This document shows, one piece after another, positions 13,965-21,360 of a stretch of DNA of 24,000 nucleotides (the stretch's first letter is position 1; each line of letters starts with the position of its first letter). The translations under genes were made by a program, and so were the position numbers. The notes under the pieces are model-generated. The model made no database searches. It was not told the origin of the DNA and saw only the letters and a program-made list of their open reading frames with translations. Where the stretch lies: contig NZ_JNYQ01000004.1 of NCBI RefSeq assembly GCF_000717245.1, positions 1,144,151 to 1,168,150 on the forward strand. The letters are read 5' to 3'. The DNA comes from [Kitasatospora] papulosa. Lineage in GTDB: Bacteria; Actinomycetota; Actinomycetes; Streptomycetales; Streptomycetaceae.

Positions 13965-15365
13965 ATGACGGACACGGTGGACAAGCCGGTACGGGTGACA
14001 GGCGAAGAGGCGAGACGCATCAAGCGGGAGGCCCTCGGCATCGCCGACCGCAGGACGGACCACGGCAGCACACGCGGGGTTCCGAGAAGTCGGGCCAAGG
14101 AGGCCGGCACGCAGCAGCGTGTGTACCGCTACCGCTTCTACCCGAGCCCGGCACAGGCCGAGCAGCTGGAGAAGACCTTCGGGGCCTGCCGTTGGGTCTA
14201 CAACGAGGCGCTGACCCTGCGTGTCGGCGCCTGGGAGCAGCATCGCGTGTCGGTGGGGTTCGCCGAGTCGTGCCGTGCGTTGACGGGGTGGCGGCAGGCG
14301 TCAGGGACGAGCTGGCTGCGGGAGGTGTCGTCGACGGTGCTGCAGCAGTCACTACGTCATCTGGACGGAGCGTTCACACGCTTCTTCAAGCAGTCGGCGA
14401 AGTATCCGCAGCGGAAGACGAAGCGCCGCTCGCGGAACTCGGCGACGTACGTGCGCACCGGATTCCGCTGGGTGGACGACCCCGAACTGCCGGGCACGGG
14501 GCGGCTGACGCTGGCGAAGCAGTCGGAGCCGCTCGACGTGCGGTGGTCGCGACCGCTGCCGGAGGGTGCGGACCCGGTGAAACTGTCGGTGACACGAGAC
14601 CGGGCGGGGCGCCATTTCGTCTCGGTGCTGGTGGAGGAGCGGATCCAGCCGTTGCCTGCCGCGTTCCTGCCAGGTGGGCATGAGCCGAGGGCGGTGGGGA
14701 TCGACCTGGGTCTGGCGGCGCTGGTGGCGCTGGACGACGGGACGAAGATTGATCATCCGCGCCTGATGCGGAAGTACGGGAAGGAACTGGCACGGCTGCA
14801 ACGAGGGCTGCACCGGAAGAAGAAGGGCTCGGCGAACCGGGACAAGGCCCGGGAACGCATCGCTCGGCTGTACGCGCTGATCAGTGACGCGCGCAAGGAC
14901 ATGCTGGACCAGTTGACCACCCGCCTCGTGCGCGAGAACCAAGTGCTCGTCGTGGAGGATCTGGCCATCACGAACCTGCTGCGGCCCGCCACGGGGAGAG
15001 GGCGTCGGCGTAAGGCCGGACTCATCCGCTCGATCAAGGACGCTGCCTGGGGCGAGCTGCTGCGGCAGCTGCGGTACAAGTGCGCGTGGTACGGGCGCAC
15101 GCTGGTGATCGTCGACCGCTTCTTCCCCTCGACACGGCGGTGCGCCGACTGCCATGCCAAGGGGGCGCCCCTCGACGTGTCGGTCCGGGAGTGGTTGTGC
15201 GCGGAGTGCGGCGCGTGGCACGACCGGGATGTGAACGCGGCGCGAAACCTCAGGGAGGAAGGGATGCGGCTCTACCGCCTGGTGTCGTGCGCACTGCCGT
15301 CGGGGCGCGTGCCTCCGCCTGTGATCAAGGCGTCGGAGCTGCCGGCGGTGCTGTCGGCCGCGTGA
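13965..15365 (+). CDS. tnpB: TnpB (OrfB_IS605 family) RNA-guided RuvC nuclease
   Basis: N-terminal RVYRYRFYPSPAQAEQLEKTFGACRWVYNEAL motif. RuvC-I is GIDLG (Asp 14703-14705), RuvC-II is VVVEDL (Glu 14955-14957) and RuvC-III is HDRDVNAARN (Asp 15228-15230). Zinc finger CADC...CAEC. The start is uncertain: ATG 13965 (GGAGGG upstream) is preferred, with GTG 13929 or GTG 13995 possible. Confidence 0.88.
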   Translation: MTDTVDKPVRVTGEEARRIKREALGIADRRTDHGSTRGVPRSRAKEAGTQQRVYRYRFYPSPAQAEQLEKTFGACRWVYNEALTLRVGAWEQHRVSVGFAESCRALTGWRQASGTSWLREVSSTVLQQSLRHLDGAFTRFFKQSAKYPQRKTKRRSRNSATYVRTGFRWVDDPELPGTGRLTLAKQSEPLDVRWSRPLPEGADPVKLSVTRDRAGRHFVSVLVEERIQPLPAAFLPGGHEPRAVGIDLGLAALVALDDGTKIDHPRLMRKYGKELARLQRGLHRKKKGSANRDKARERIARLYALISDARKDMLDQLTTRLVRENQVLVVEDLAITNLLRPATGRGRRRKAGLIRSIKDAAWGELLRQLRYKCAWYGRTLVIVDRFFPSTRRCADCHAKGAPLDVSVREWLCAECGAWHDRDVNAARNLREEGMRLYRLVSCALPSGRVPPPVIKASELPAVLSAA

Positions 15366-15530
15366 GGGAGCGGTACGGACCGACGGGCCGTCGGCCGTGA
15401 TGCCCGTGGAGCCCGTGTAGGACCGGGCGGGCGCATCCCCCAGGGATACGTACGACCGGCAGCGGGCGCTGAAGCAGGAAGTGCAGCGAACGGCATCGGA
15501 CCCGGAGACGGAGTTCTGCCGTGGCTTGCA
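15300..15530 (+). ncRNA. Putative omega-RNA (reRNA) scaffold overlapping the tnpB 3' end and right end (approximate)
   Basis: This rests on position only. In characterised TnpB elements the guide RNA scaffold is transcribed from the 3' end of tnpB plus the right end. Several short stem-loops lie here (ccgacgg/ccgtcgg near 15379-15393, atccc/gggat, cagcg/cgctg, cggca...tgccg). No covariance model was run. Confidence 0.3.
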
Positions 15531-15715
15531 CACGGTCAAAAGTGCGTTGCTCTGCCGGCGAATTTCTCACGGCCTCGGACTTTTTCATGCCCTTCGGACT
15601 ACTGACAGATCCGAAAACGCCAGGTAGCGTCACCTCAGGTTCACTCCAGTGGACCACACCACTCCCTTACTCGGATCGTCCGGCACGTTCCTGCCGGTGG
15701 AGGAGAAGAATCGCC

Positions 15716-16852
15716 ATGGCCAGTGTCACGTTCGACAAGGCGTCCCGCGTCTACCCCGGCTCCACGAAGCCGGCTGTGGACCAGCTCGAGATCGACATCG
15801 CGGACGGCGAGTTCCTCGTCCTCGTCGGTCCTTCCGGTTGTGGCAAGTCGACCTCCCTGCGCATGCTCGCGGGTCTCGAGGACGTCAACGGCGGTGCCAT
15901 CCGCATCGGTGACCGCGACGTCACGCACCTGCCCCCGAAGGACCGGGACATCGCCATGGTGTTCCAGAACTACGCGCTCTACCCGCACATGTCCGTCGCG
16001 GACAACATGGGCTTCGCCCTCAAGATCGCCGGTGTGAACAAGACCGAGATCCGGGCGAAGGTCGAAGAGGCCGCCAAGATGCTGGACCTCACCGACTACC
16101 TCGACCGCAAGCCGAAGGCGCTCTCCGGTGGTCAGCGTCAGCGTGTGGCGATGGGCCGTGCGATCGTGCGTGAGCCGCAGGTCTTCCTCATGGACGAGCC
16201 GCTGTCGAACCTCGACGCCAAGCTCCGTGTGTCGACGCGTACGCAGATCGCCTCGCTGCAGCGCCGCCTCGGCATCACCACCGTGTACGTCACCCACGAC
16301 CAGGTCGAGGCCCTCACCATGGGTGACCGCGTCGCGGTCCTCAAGGACGGTCTGCTCCAGCAGGTCGACTCGCCGCGCAACATGTACGACCGCCCGGCGA
16401 ACCTCTTCGTCGCCGGCTTCATCGGCTCCCCCGCGATGAACCTCGTCGAGGTCCCGATCACCGACGGTGGCGTGAAGTTCGGCAACAGCGTCGTCCCGGT
16501 CTCCCGCGAGGCGCTCACCGCCGCCGCGAACCGTGGTGACACCACCGTCACGGTCGGCATCCGCCCGGAGCACTTCGACATCGTCGAGCACGGTGGCGCC
16601 GCCGCGACCGGCCTCTCCAAGGCCTCCTCCGACGCCCCGGCCGGTCTCGCCGTCTCCGTCAACGTCGTCGAGGAGCTCGGCGCCGACGGCTTCGTCTACG
16701 GTGCCGCGCAGGTCGGTGGCGAGCACAAGGACCTGGTCGTCCGCGTCGGCGGCCGTGCCGTGCCGGAGAAGGGCACCGAGCTGCACGTCGTGCCGCGCCC
16801 GGACGAGCTGCACGTCTTCGCCACCTCGACCGGTGAGCGTCTGACCGCCTGA
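15716..16852 (+). CDS. msiK: Multiple-sugar-import ABC transporter ATPase MsiK (MalK/UgpC family)
   Basis: ATG 15716 is preceded by GGAGGAG. Walker A GPSGCGKST, Q-loop, signature LSGGQRQR and Walker B FLMDEPLSNLD are present. The C-terminal regulatory (TOBE-like) domain is present. The N-terminus MASVTFDKASRVYPGSTKPAVD is near-identical to Streptomyces MsiK as I recall it. No permease or binding-protein genes are adjacent. Confidence 0.93.
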   Translation: MASVTFDKASRVYPGSTKPAVDQLEIDIADGEFLVLVGPSGCGKSTSLRMLAGLEDVNGGAIRIGDRDVTHLPPKDRDIAMVFQNYALYPHMSVADNMGFALKIAGVNKTEIRAKVEEAAKMLDLTDYLDRKPKALSGGQRQRVAMGRAIVREPQVFLMDEPLSNLDAKLRVSTRTQIASLQRRLGITTVYVTHDQVEALTMGDRVAVLKDGLLQQVDSPRNMYDRPANLFVAGFIGSPAMNLVEVPITDGGVKFGNSVVPVSREALTAAANRGDTTVTVGIRPEHFDIVEHGGAAATGLSKASSDAPAGLAVSVNVVEELGADGFVYGAAQVGGEHKDLVVRVGGRAVPEKGTELHVVPRPDELHVFATSTGERLTA

Positions 16853-16859
16853 TCCGTCC

Positions 16860-16920
16860 GGTCCGCCTGAGCGGACCCGGCGTCACGGCCCCGCGTCCCC
16901 CGAGGACGCGGGGCCGTTCG
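16860..16920 (+). terminator. Two consecutive hairpins after msiK
   Basis: ggtccgc/gcggacc lies at 16860-16877. A perfect 12-bp stem, ggccccgcgtcc (16887-16898) with ggacgcggggcc (16904-16915), is followed by ttcg. Confidence 0.6.
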
Positions 16921-17088
16921 CGTGTCGCGGCCGGAATCGGGTTTCGGATCCGAAGGGCTCCAAATACCCTGGCACACCGGTCAATTCACCCCAGCCTGTC
17001 AATGTGTGATTCGAAAAGACCACTCGAACCATCCCCCGCAGGGGTGACGAAATGTCGCCACACGGTCACTGCCCGCTACGCTCGCTGC

Positions 17089-17502
17089 GTGACCCACACC
17101 GCGCGCCGAATCGGCCGAACCCTAGCCCTCGTCCTGCCCGTCGTCATGGTTCTGTCCGGGACCCTCGCGGTCACCCGTGTGCAGTGGTCGGGGCAGGACA
17201 CCGAGACCCAGCTGCTGACCGCCTCCTCGGAGACCGTGTCCAAGCAGGCGAAGGCCCCGGCTCCCCAGGACGTTCTGCGGGACAAGCTCCTGCTGGAGCT
17301 CCGCGAGAAGGACCCGGGGGCCGCCCTGACGAGCCTCCAGCGCACCGTCGAGGGGCGTCCCTCGCTGGCGAAGCACTGCATGTCGATCGCCAAGGCGCTC
17401 GGCAAGGCCGCCGTGGACCAGTACGGTCCGACGCGCGCCCACCGCTTCTCCCGTCCGGTCTGCGACACGTCCTTCGCCTCGGGCGTCGCGCAGTTCAGCT
17501 GA
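17089..17502 (+). CDS. Small membrane-anchored hypothetical protein
   Basis: A single N-terminal hydrophobic helix (IGRTLALVLPVVMVLSGTLAV) is followed by a soluble domain of about 110 aa. GTG 17089 sits just before the helix and is preferred. The open frame extends back to 17002. Confidence 0.6.
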   Translation: MTHTARRIGRTLALVLPVVMVLSGTLAVTRVQWSGQDTETQLLTASSETVSKQAKAPAPQDVLRDKLLLELREKDPGAALTSLQRTVEGRPSLAKHCMSIAKALGKAAVDQYGPTRAHRFSRPVCDTSFASGVAQFS

Positions 17503-17538
17503 GCCGGGTGTGTCCGGGCACGGCATATCGTGCCTGGC

Positions 17539-18258
17539 ATGCATACGTTTCCGACGCAGGCCGTGATCCTGGCGGGTGGTCAGGGCTCGCGGCTTCGCCC
17601 GTACACCGATGACCGCCCGAAGCCGATGGTCGAGATCCCGGGGACCGGGACCCCGATCATCGGCCATCAGCTGTCCTGGCTGGCCGCCGAGGGCGTCACC
17701 GACGCCGTGATCTCGTGCGGCCATCTCGCGGATGTGCTGCAGGAGTGGCTGGCCTCGGCCGATCTTCCGTTGCGTGTCACGACCGTCGTCGAGACCGAGC
17801 CCTTGGGCCGGGGCGGCGGTCTCAAGCATGCCGCGGCACGGCTGCCCGATCCGTCGGAGCCCTGGTACGCGACCAACGGTGACATCTGGACCCGCTTCTC
17901 GCTGCGGGAGATGGCCGCGTTCCACGCCGAGCGGGACGCCACCGCGACGCTCGCGCTGGCCCGCCCGCGGATCCCGTGGGGCGCCGTGGAGACGGACGCG
18001 TTCGGCCACATCACCGACTTCATCGAGTCGCCGCCCTCGCCGTATCTGATCAACGCCGGGGTGTACGTCTTCGCGCCCGCGTTCACGGGGATGCTGCCCG
18101 ACCGCGGTGACCACGAGCGGACGACGTTCCCCAGGCTGGCCCGTGAGCGCAGCCTGGCAGGGTTCCCGCTGCCCCACGGGGCGTACTGGCGGGCCATCGA
18201 CACCGCGAAGGACCTCACGGAGGCGGCGCGGGAGCTGGGCGCCCGGTCGGACGGCTGA
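17539..18258 (+). CDS. Sugar-phosphate nucleotidyltransferase (NTP_transferase family, mannose-1-phosphate guanylyltransferase-like)
   Basis: N-terminal AVILAGGQGSRLRPYTDDRPKPMV motif (GxGxRLxPxT). About 240 aa. ATG 17539 or GTG 17530 could be the start. Confidence 0.85.
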   Translation: MHTFPTQAVILAGGQGSRLRPYTDDRPKPMVEIPGTGTPIIGHQLSWLAAEGVTDAVISCGHLADVLQEWLASADLPLRVTTVVETEPLGRGGGLKHAAARLPDPSEPWYATNGDIWTRFSLREMAAFHAERDATATLALARPRIPWGAVETDAFGHITDFIESPPSPYLINAGVYVFAPAFTGMLPDRGDHERTTFPRLARERSLAGFPLPHGAYWRAIDTAKDLTEAARELGARSDG

Positions 18259-18276
18259 CGGCGTCCCGGACATGGG

Positions 18277-18311
18277 CGAGGGCGGTCACCGGTGTCCGGT
18301 GACCGCCCTCG
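18277..18311. terminator. Perfect 16-bp hairpin between the convergent nucleotidyltransferase and DoxX-like genes (bidirectional terminator)
   Basis: cgagggcggtcaccgg (18277-18292), loop tgt, ccggtgaccgccctcg (18296-18311). It lies between the stops at 18258 (+) and 18330 (-). Confidence 0.7.
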
Positions 18312-18329
18312 TGGTGTGAACCGGCGGTG

Positions 18330-19964
18330 TCAGCCGAGGAGGCCGCCGATGGGGTTCTGCCCGGCGCCGCCGGACGAGCCCCCGTCGGAACCGCCGTCGG
18401 ACCCGCCGTCGGAGCCGCCGTCGGAACCACCGGACGCGGCGGAGCCCGACGAGCTGGGGCCCGAGTCGCCCGCCGGGGGCTCCTGCGGGGCCGGCTCCTG
18501 CGGGGGCGCCTGGCCCGTGCCCTGGGTCTGGCTGGGCTGCCCCGTGCTCGCCCCGGCCGTCGGGCCGGACTCGCGCTCGGACTCGGCACCAGGCGTGGAC
18601 TGCTCGGCCGACGGGGTGCCCGGGGCGCTGGAGGGCGCCGTCTCCGGGGTGCGGTTCTCCGGGGTGCTGGACGGCTTGCGCTTCTTGCCCTCGGACTTGT
18701 CGGGGAGCGGGGAGCCGGGCAGCTGGTTGGTCGGGTAGCTGTCGGGGCCCGGCACGGTGACGACCTGGGTGGAGCGGACCGCACCGCCGAGCATCGAGCC
18801 GACCAGCAGCGTCAGGCCGACGACGACGGTGGCGATCACGGTGCCGCGGCGCAGTACCCGGCGCCGCAGGTCCCAGATCTCGGAGCGGGGGCCGAGCGTG
18901 CGCCAGGCCTCCCCGGAGAGGCGCCCGTCGAGGGAGTAGACGGGGGCACCCGCGATGACGAGAGGGCTCCAGGCGGCCAGCAGGATGATGTCGGCGGTGT
19001 CGTAGGCCCCGTCGGTACGCCAGCTGACCGCCACCAGCACGGCGGCGGAGAGCAGGGCGCCGAACGCGGCGGCGACCCGCTGCCAGAGCCCGAGGACGGT
19101 GAGCACACCGACGACGACCTGGAGGAAGGCGACGGAGAGGCCCGCCGCGACGGGGTGCGCGAGCGCGAAGTCGCGCAGCGGCTCGGCGGCCGTCCACGGG
19201 TGCAGCGAGGTGAGCCACTTGACCATGGAGCCGCGGTCGCCGTCGTCGAAGTAGGCGGGGTCGCAGAGCTTGCCCATCCCGGCGTAGATGGCGAGGAAGC
19301 CGAGGATGACGCGCAGCGGGAGGAGGACGACGCCGAGGTTCATCCGGCGGCCGGGGTAGTAGGCGTGCCGGACGGTGTCGCCGCTCTGGCGCCGGTCACC
19401 GGCGGTGGCGTCGTCGCGGTCCTCGGCCCCGAGGTCGTCGTCGTAGGTGATCTCGTACGCGTCGCGGGCCGGTGTGCCGACGGTGTCGTAGGCGCCGACG
19501 GCCTGCCGCATGGGGGGCAGCAGGGGCCCGGTGCGGCCGCCTCCGTCCCGGTGCGGCGCGGGGATCACGGGGTTGGGCTGGGTCTCGTCGAGGCGCGGGA
19601 TGACCTGGGTGCCGCCGCCCGTGTCCTCGTGGCCCGCGCCGAAGTCGCCGCCGGGGCGGGTGTCGAGGTGGCCGGCGGTGGAGTTCCGTACGGCCTGCAG
19701 GAGTCCGGTCGCTCCGGGGTCGCCCGGCTCCGACCTGCCGCTCCAGACGACGGGGGCTCGCCTGCGGCCGCCAGCGCCGCTCATGGCGGGGATCCTGGCC
19801 CGTCCGGCGGAGCCCACGGGGCGCAGACGGGTGCGCTGGCCGGGGGCGAGCTGCACCCGGAAGCTGGCGTGGCTGACGATGACCTGCGCGGGGTCGCTGT
19901 CCACCTTCGTCATGCTCAGGGCGGGTTGGTCGTCGAACCGAGGCGTTCTGGTGTCCACACTCAT
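18330..19964 (-). CDS. DoxX-like integral membrane protein with a long N-terminal soluble region and a Pro/Ser/Gly-rich C-terminal tail
   Basis: ATG 19962-19964 is bounded by an in-frame TAG immediately upstream. The central hydrophobic block (MNLGVVLLPLRVILGFLAIYAGMGKL ... LSVAFLQVVVGVLTVLGLW ... LLSAAVLVAVSW ... IILLAAWSPLVIAG ... IATVVVGLTLLVGSMLGG) resembles DoxX-family proteins. The C-terminal low-complexity tail ends in (GGSD)4. Confidence 0.8.
   Translation of the reverse strand: MSVDTRTPRFDDQPALSMTKVDSDPAQVIVSHASFRVQLAPGQRTRLRPVGSAGRARIPAMSGAGGRRRAPVVWSGRSEPGDPGATGLLQAVRNSTAGHLDTRPGGDFGAGHEDTGGGTQVIPRLDETQPNPVIPAPHRDGGGRTGPLLPPMRQAVGAYDTVGTPARDAYEITYDDDLGAEDRDDATAGDRRQSGDTVRHAYYPGRRMNLGVVLLPLRVILGFLAIYAGMGKLCDPAYFDDGDRGSMVKWLTSLHPWTAAEPLRDFALAHPVAAGLSVAFLQVVVGVLTVLGLWQRVAAAFGALLSAAVLVAVSWRTDGAYDTADIILLAAWSPLVIAGAPVYSLDGRLSGEAWRTLGPRSEIWDLRRRVLRRGTVIATVVVGLTLLVGSMLGGAVRSTQVVTVPGPDSYPTNQLPGSPLPDKSEGKKRKPSSTPENRTPETAPSSAPGTPSAEQSTPGAESERESGPTAGASTGQPSQTQGTGQAPPQEPAPQEPPAGDSGPSSSGSAASGGSDGGSDGGSDGGSDGGSSGGAGQNPIGGLLG
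18379..18426. repeat. Four tandem 12-bp units (ccgccgtcggaN) encoding (GGSD)n, flanked by degenerate copies
   Basis: The units are 18379-18390 (cccccgtcggaa), 18391-18402 (ccgccgtcggac), 18403-18414 (ccgccgtcggag) and 18415-18426 (ccgccgtcggaa). Degenerate units lie at 18367-18378 and 18427-18438. Confidence 0.9.
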
Positions 19965-20253
19965 CTAACCGAGTGATGTGTGATTAGGACACTGCCTTGA
20001 CACGTCCAGAGTGTCCGAGACCCGTCAACCGTCCTCGGCCACGGGTCCGGCGGCGTACGCCGGGGACGCGGCGGGAGAGCCGGTGAGCCCACCGGGACGG
20101 CTTCGTCGCTGGTGGGGCGGCCTGTGGCGGGCGGCCGACGGCTCCTGCCCCGCCTCTCGTGCCCCTCGTGCACCGGCCGCGTCCAGGGGGGCGTGCGTCC
20201 GGCGGACGCGCGGGCGTTCCGCGCCTCCGCGGAAGGCGCCGAGCCCGGCGGCG

Positions 20254-20288
20254 GTCGCGTCGGGATCCTTCATCGGTCCCGACGCGAC
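20254..20288 (-). terminator. Hairpin 10 nt downstream of the rlmB stop
   Basis: Perfect 12-bp stem, gtcgcgtcggga (20254-20265) with tcccgacgcgac (20277-20288), and an 11-nt loop. Confidence 0.5.
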
Positions 20289-20298
20289 GGCTCGGGTG

Positions 20299-21255
20299 TC
20301 ACGCCCGGCGGCGTGCCACCTCGTAGAGGACGATGCCGGCGGCGACACCGGCGTTCAGTGATTCGGCACCGCCGGGCATGGAGATCCGGACCCGGTAGTC
20401 GCAGGTCTCGCCGACGAGGCGGCCCAGGCCCTTGCCCTCGCTGCCGATGACGATGACGACGGGGCCGGCGAGGGCCTCCAGGTCCTCGACGGTGTGCTCG
20501 CCGTCCGCCGCGAGGCCGACGACGGTGAGGCCCGCCTTCTGGTAGCCCTCCAGGGCGCGGGTCAGGTTGGTGACGCGCGAGACGGGTGTACGGGCCGCGG
20601 TGCCGGCCGAGGACTTCCACGCTCCGGCGGTCATACCGGCCGCCCGGCGCTCGGGGACGACGACGCCGTGGCCGCCGAAGGCGGAGACGGAGCGGACGAT
20701 CGCGCCGAGGTTGCGGGGGTCGGTGACGCCGTCGAGGGCGACGATCAGCGGGTCCTCGTTGTTGTCGTACGCGGCGGAGGTGAGGTCCTCCGGGTGCGCG
20801 TACTCGTACGGCGGGACCTGGAGGACGAGGCCCTGGTGGTTCAGGCCGTTCGTCATCCGGTCGAGCTCGGGGCGCGGGGCCTCCATGAGGTTGATGTTGC
20901 CGCGCTCGCCGGCGAGCTGGAGGGCCTCGCGGACCCGCTCGTCGTTGTCGATGTACTGCTGGACGTAGAGGGTGGTCGCGGGGACGCCGTCGCGCAGTGC
21001 CTCGAAGACCGGGTTGCGGCCGACGACCATCTCCGACGTGCCCTTGACGCCACCGCGGCGCGGGGCGGGGCGGCGAGCGGCGGCCTGCTTGGCCTGGGCG
21101 TTCGCCACCCTGTTCTTCTTGTGTCCCTTGCGGGCGGAGGCGGGCGGCGTCGGTCCCTTGCCTTCGAGAGCACGGCGTCGGTTACCGCCGCTGCCGACCT
21201 GCATGCCCTTCTTGTTGGACGTGCGGCGGTTCCTGCGCTGGCTGTTCCCGGCCAT
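20299..21255 (-). CDS. rlmB: 23S rRNA (guanosine-2'-O)-methyltransferase RlmB (SpoU/TrmH family)
   Basis: SpoU motifs are present (LIVALDGVTDPRNLGAIVRS, VVIVIGSEGKGL, ISMPGGAESLNAGVAAGIVLYE), with the substrate-binding N-domain (GRNPVFEAL). There is a Lys/Arg-rich N-terminal extension of about 75 aa. The conserved cysS-rlmB gene order is kept. Confidence 0.88.
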   Translation of the reverse strand: MAGNSQRRNRRTSNKKGMQVGSGGNRRRALEGKGPTPPASARKGHKKNRVANAQAKQAAARRPAPRRGGVKGTSEMVVGRNPVFEALRDGVPATTLYVQQYIDNDERVREALQLAGERGNINLMEAPRPELDRMTNGLNHQGLVLQVPPYEYAHPEDLTSAAYDNNEDPLIVALDGVTDPRNLGAIVRSVSAFGGHGVVVPERRAAGMTAGAWKSSAGTAARTPVSRVTNLTRALEGYQKAGLTVVGLAADGEHTVEDLEALAGPVVIVIGSEGKGLGRLVGETCDYRVRISMPGGAESLNAGVAAGIVLYEVARRRA

Positions 21256-21300
21256 GACCTACCTGTTTCGTTGCTTCAGAAAAACGTCGTCAGTGAAAGT

Positions 21301-21326
21301 GTGCCGCCCGGACGGCCGGGCGGCAC
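21301..21326 (-). terminator. Perfect 11-bp hairpin between cysS and rlmB
   Basis: gtgccgcccgg (21301-21311), loop acgg, ccgggcggcac (21316-21326). It lies 35 nt after the cysS stop. On the minus strand a T-rich stretch (cgttttt) follows at some distance. Confidence 0.5.
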
Positions 21327-21360
21327 ATTTGCGCTGCTCACGCATGGTGCGAAGGCCCGC

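Larger units (their letters stand above)
13920..15540 (+). mobile_element. IS200/IS605-superfamily, tnpB-only (IS1341-like) element; both ends are approximate
   Basis: It contains a full-length tnpB and no tnpA. The AT-richer sequence gttaaaaggactgac and a small imperfect hairpin (ctgttcc-gtatat-cggacag, 13932-13951) lie near the left side. A stem-loop-rich GC tail of about 170 nt follows the stop codon, before the AT-richer msiK upstream region begins at about 15540. I could not define exact LE/RE ends or a target motif. Confidence 0.45.

Noticed and set aside
17002-17011. The shared 10-mer atgtgtgatt at 17002-17011 and 19975-19984
   Set aside because: In 24 kb, hundreds of chance 10-mer coincidences are expected. 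The two copies have different orientations relative to their neighbouring genes.
18327-19976. A 549-aa plus-strand ORF opposite the DoxX-like gene
   Set aside because: Its product is low-complexity and Arg/Gly/Ala-rich with no membrane or enzymatic signature. The minus-strand frame has coherent transmembrane helices and a start bounded by an in-frame stop.
20025-20276. A small minus-strand ORF (MKDPDATAAGLGAF..., about 84 aa) in the rlmB/DoxX spacer, and the overlapping plus-strand ORF at 20011-20361
   Set aside because: The ATG lies inside the loop of the 12-bp terminator hairpin (20254-20288). There is no RBS, GC3 is mixed and no motif is present. The plus-strand ORF would overlap the rlmB 3' end. 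Neither can be supported.
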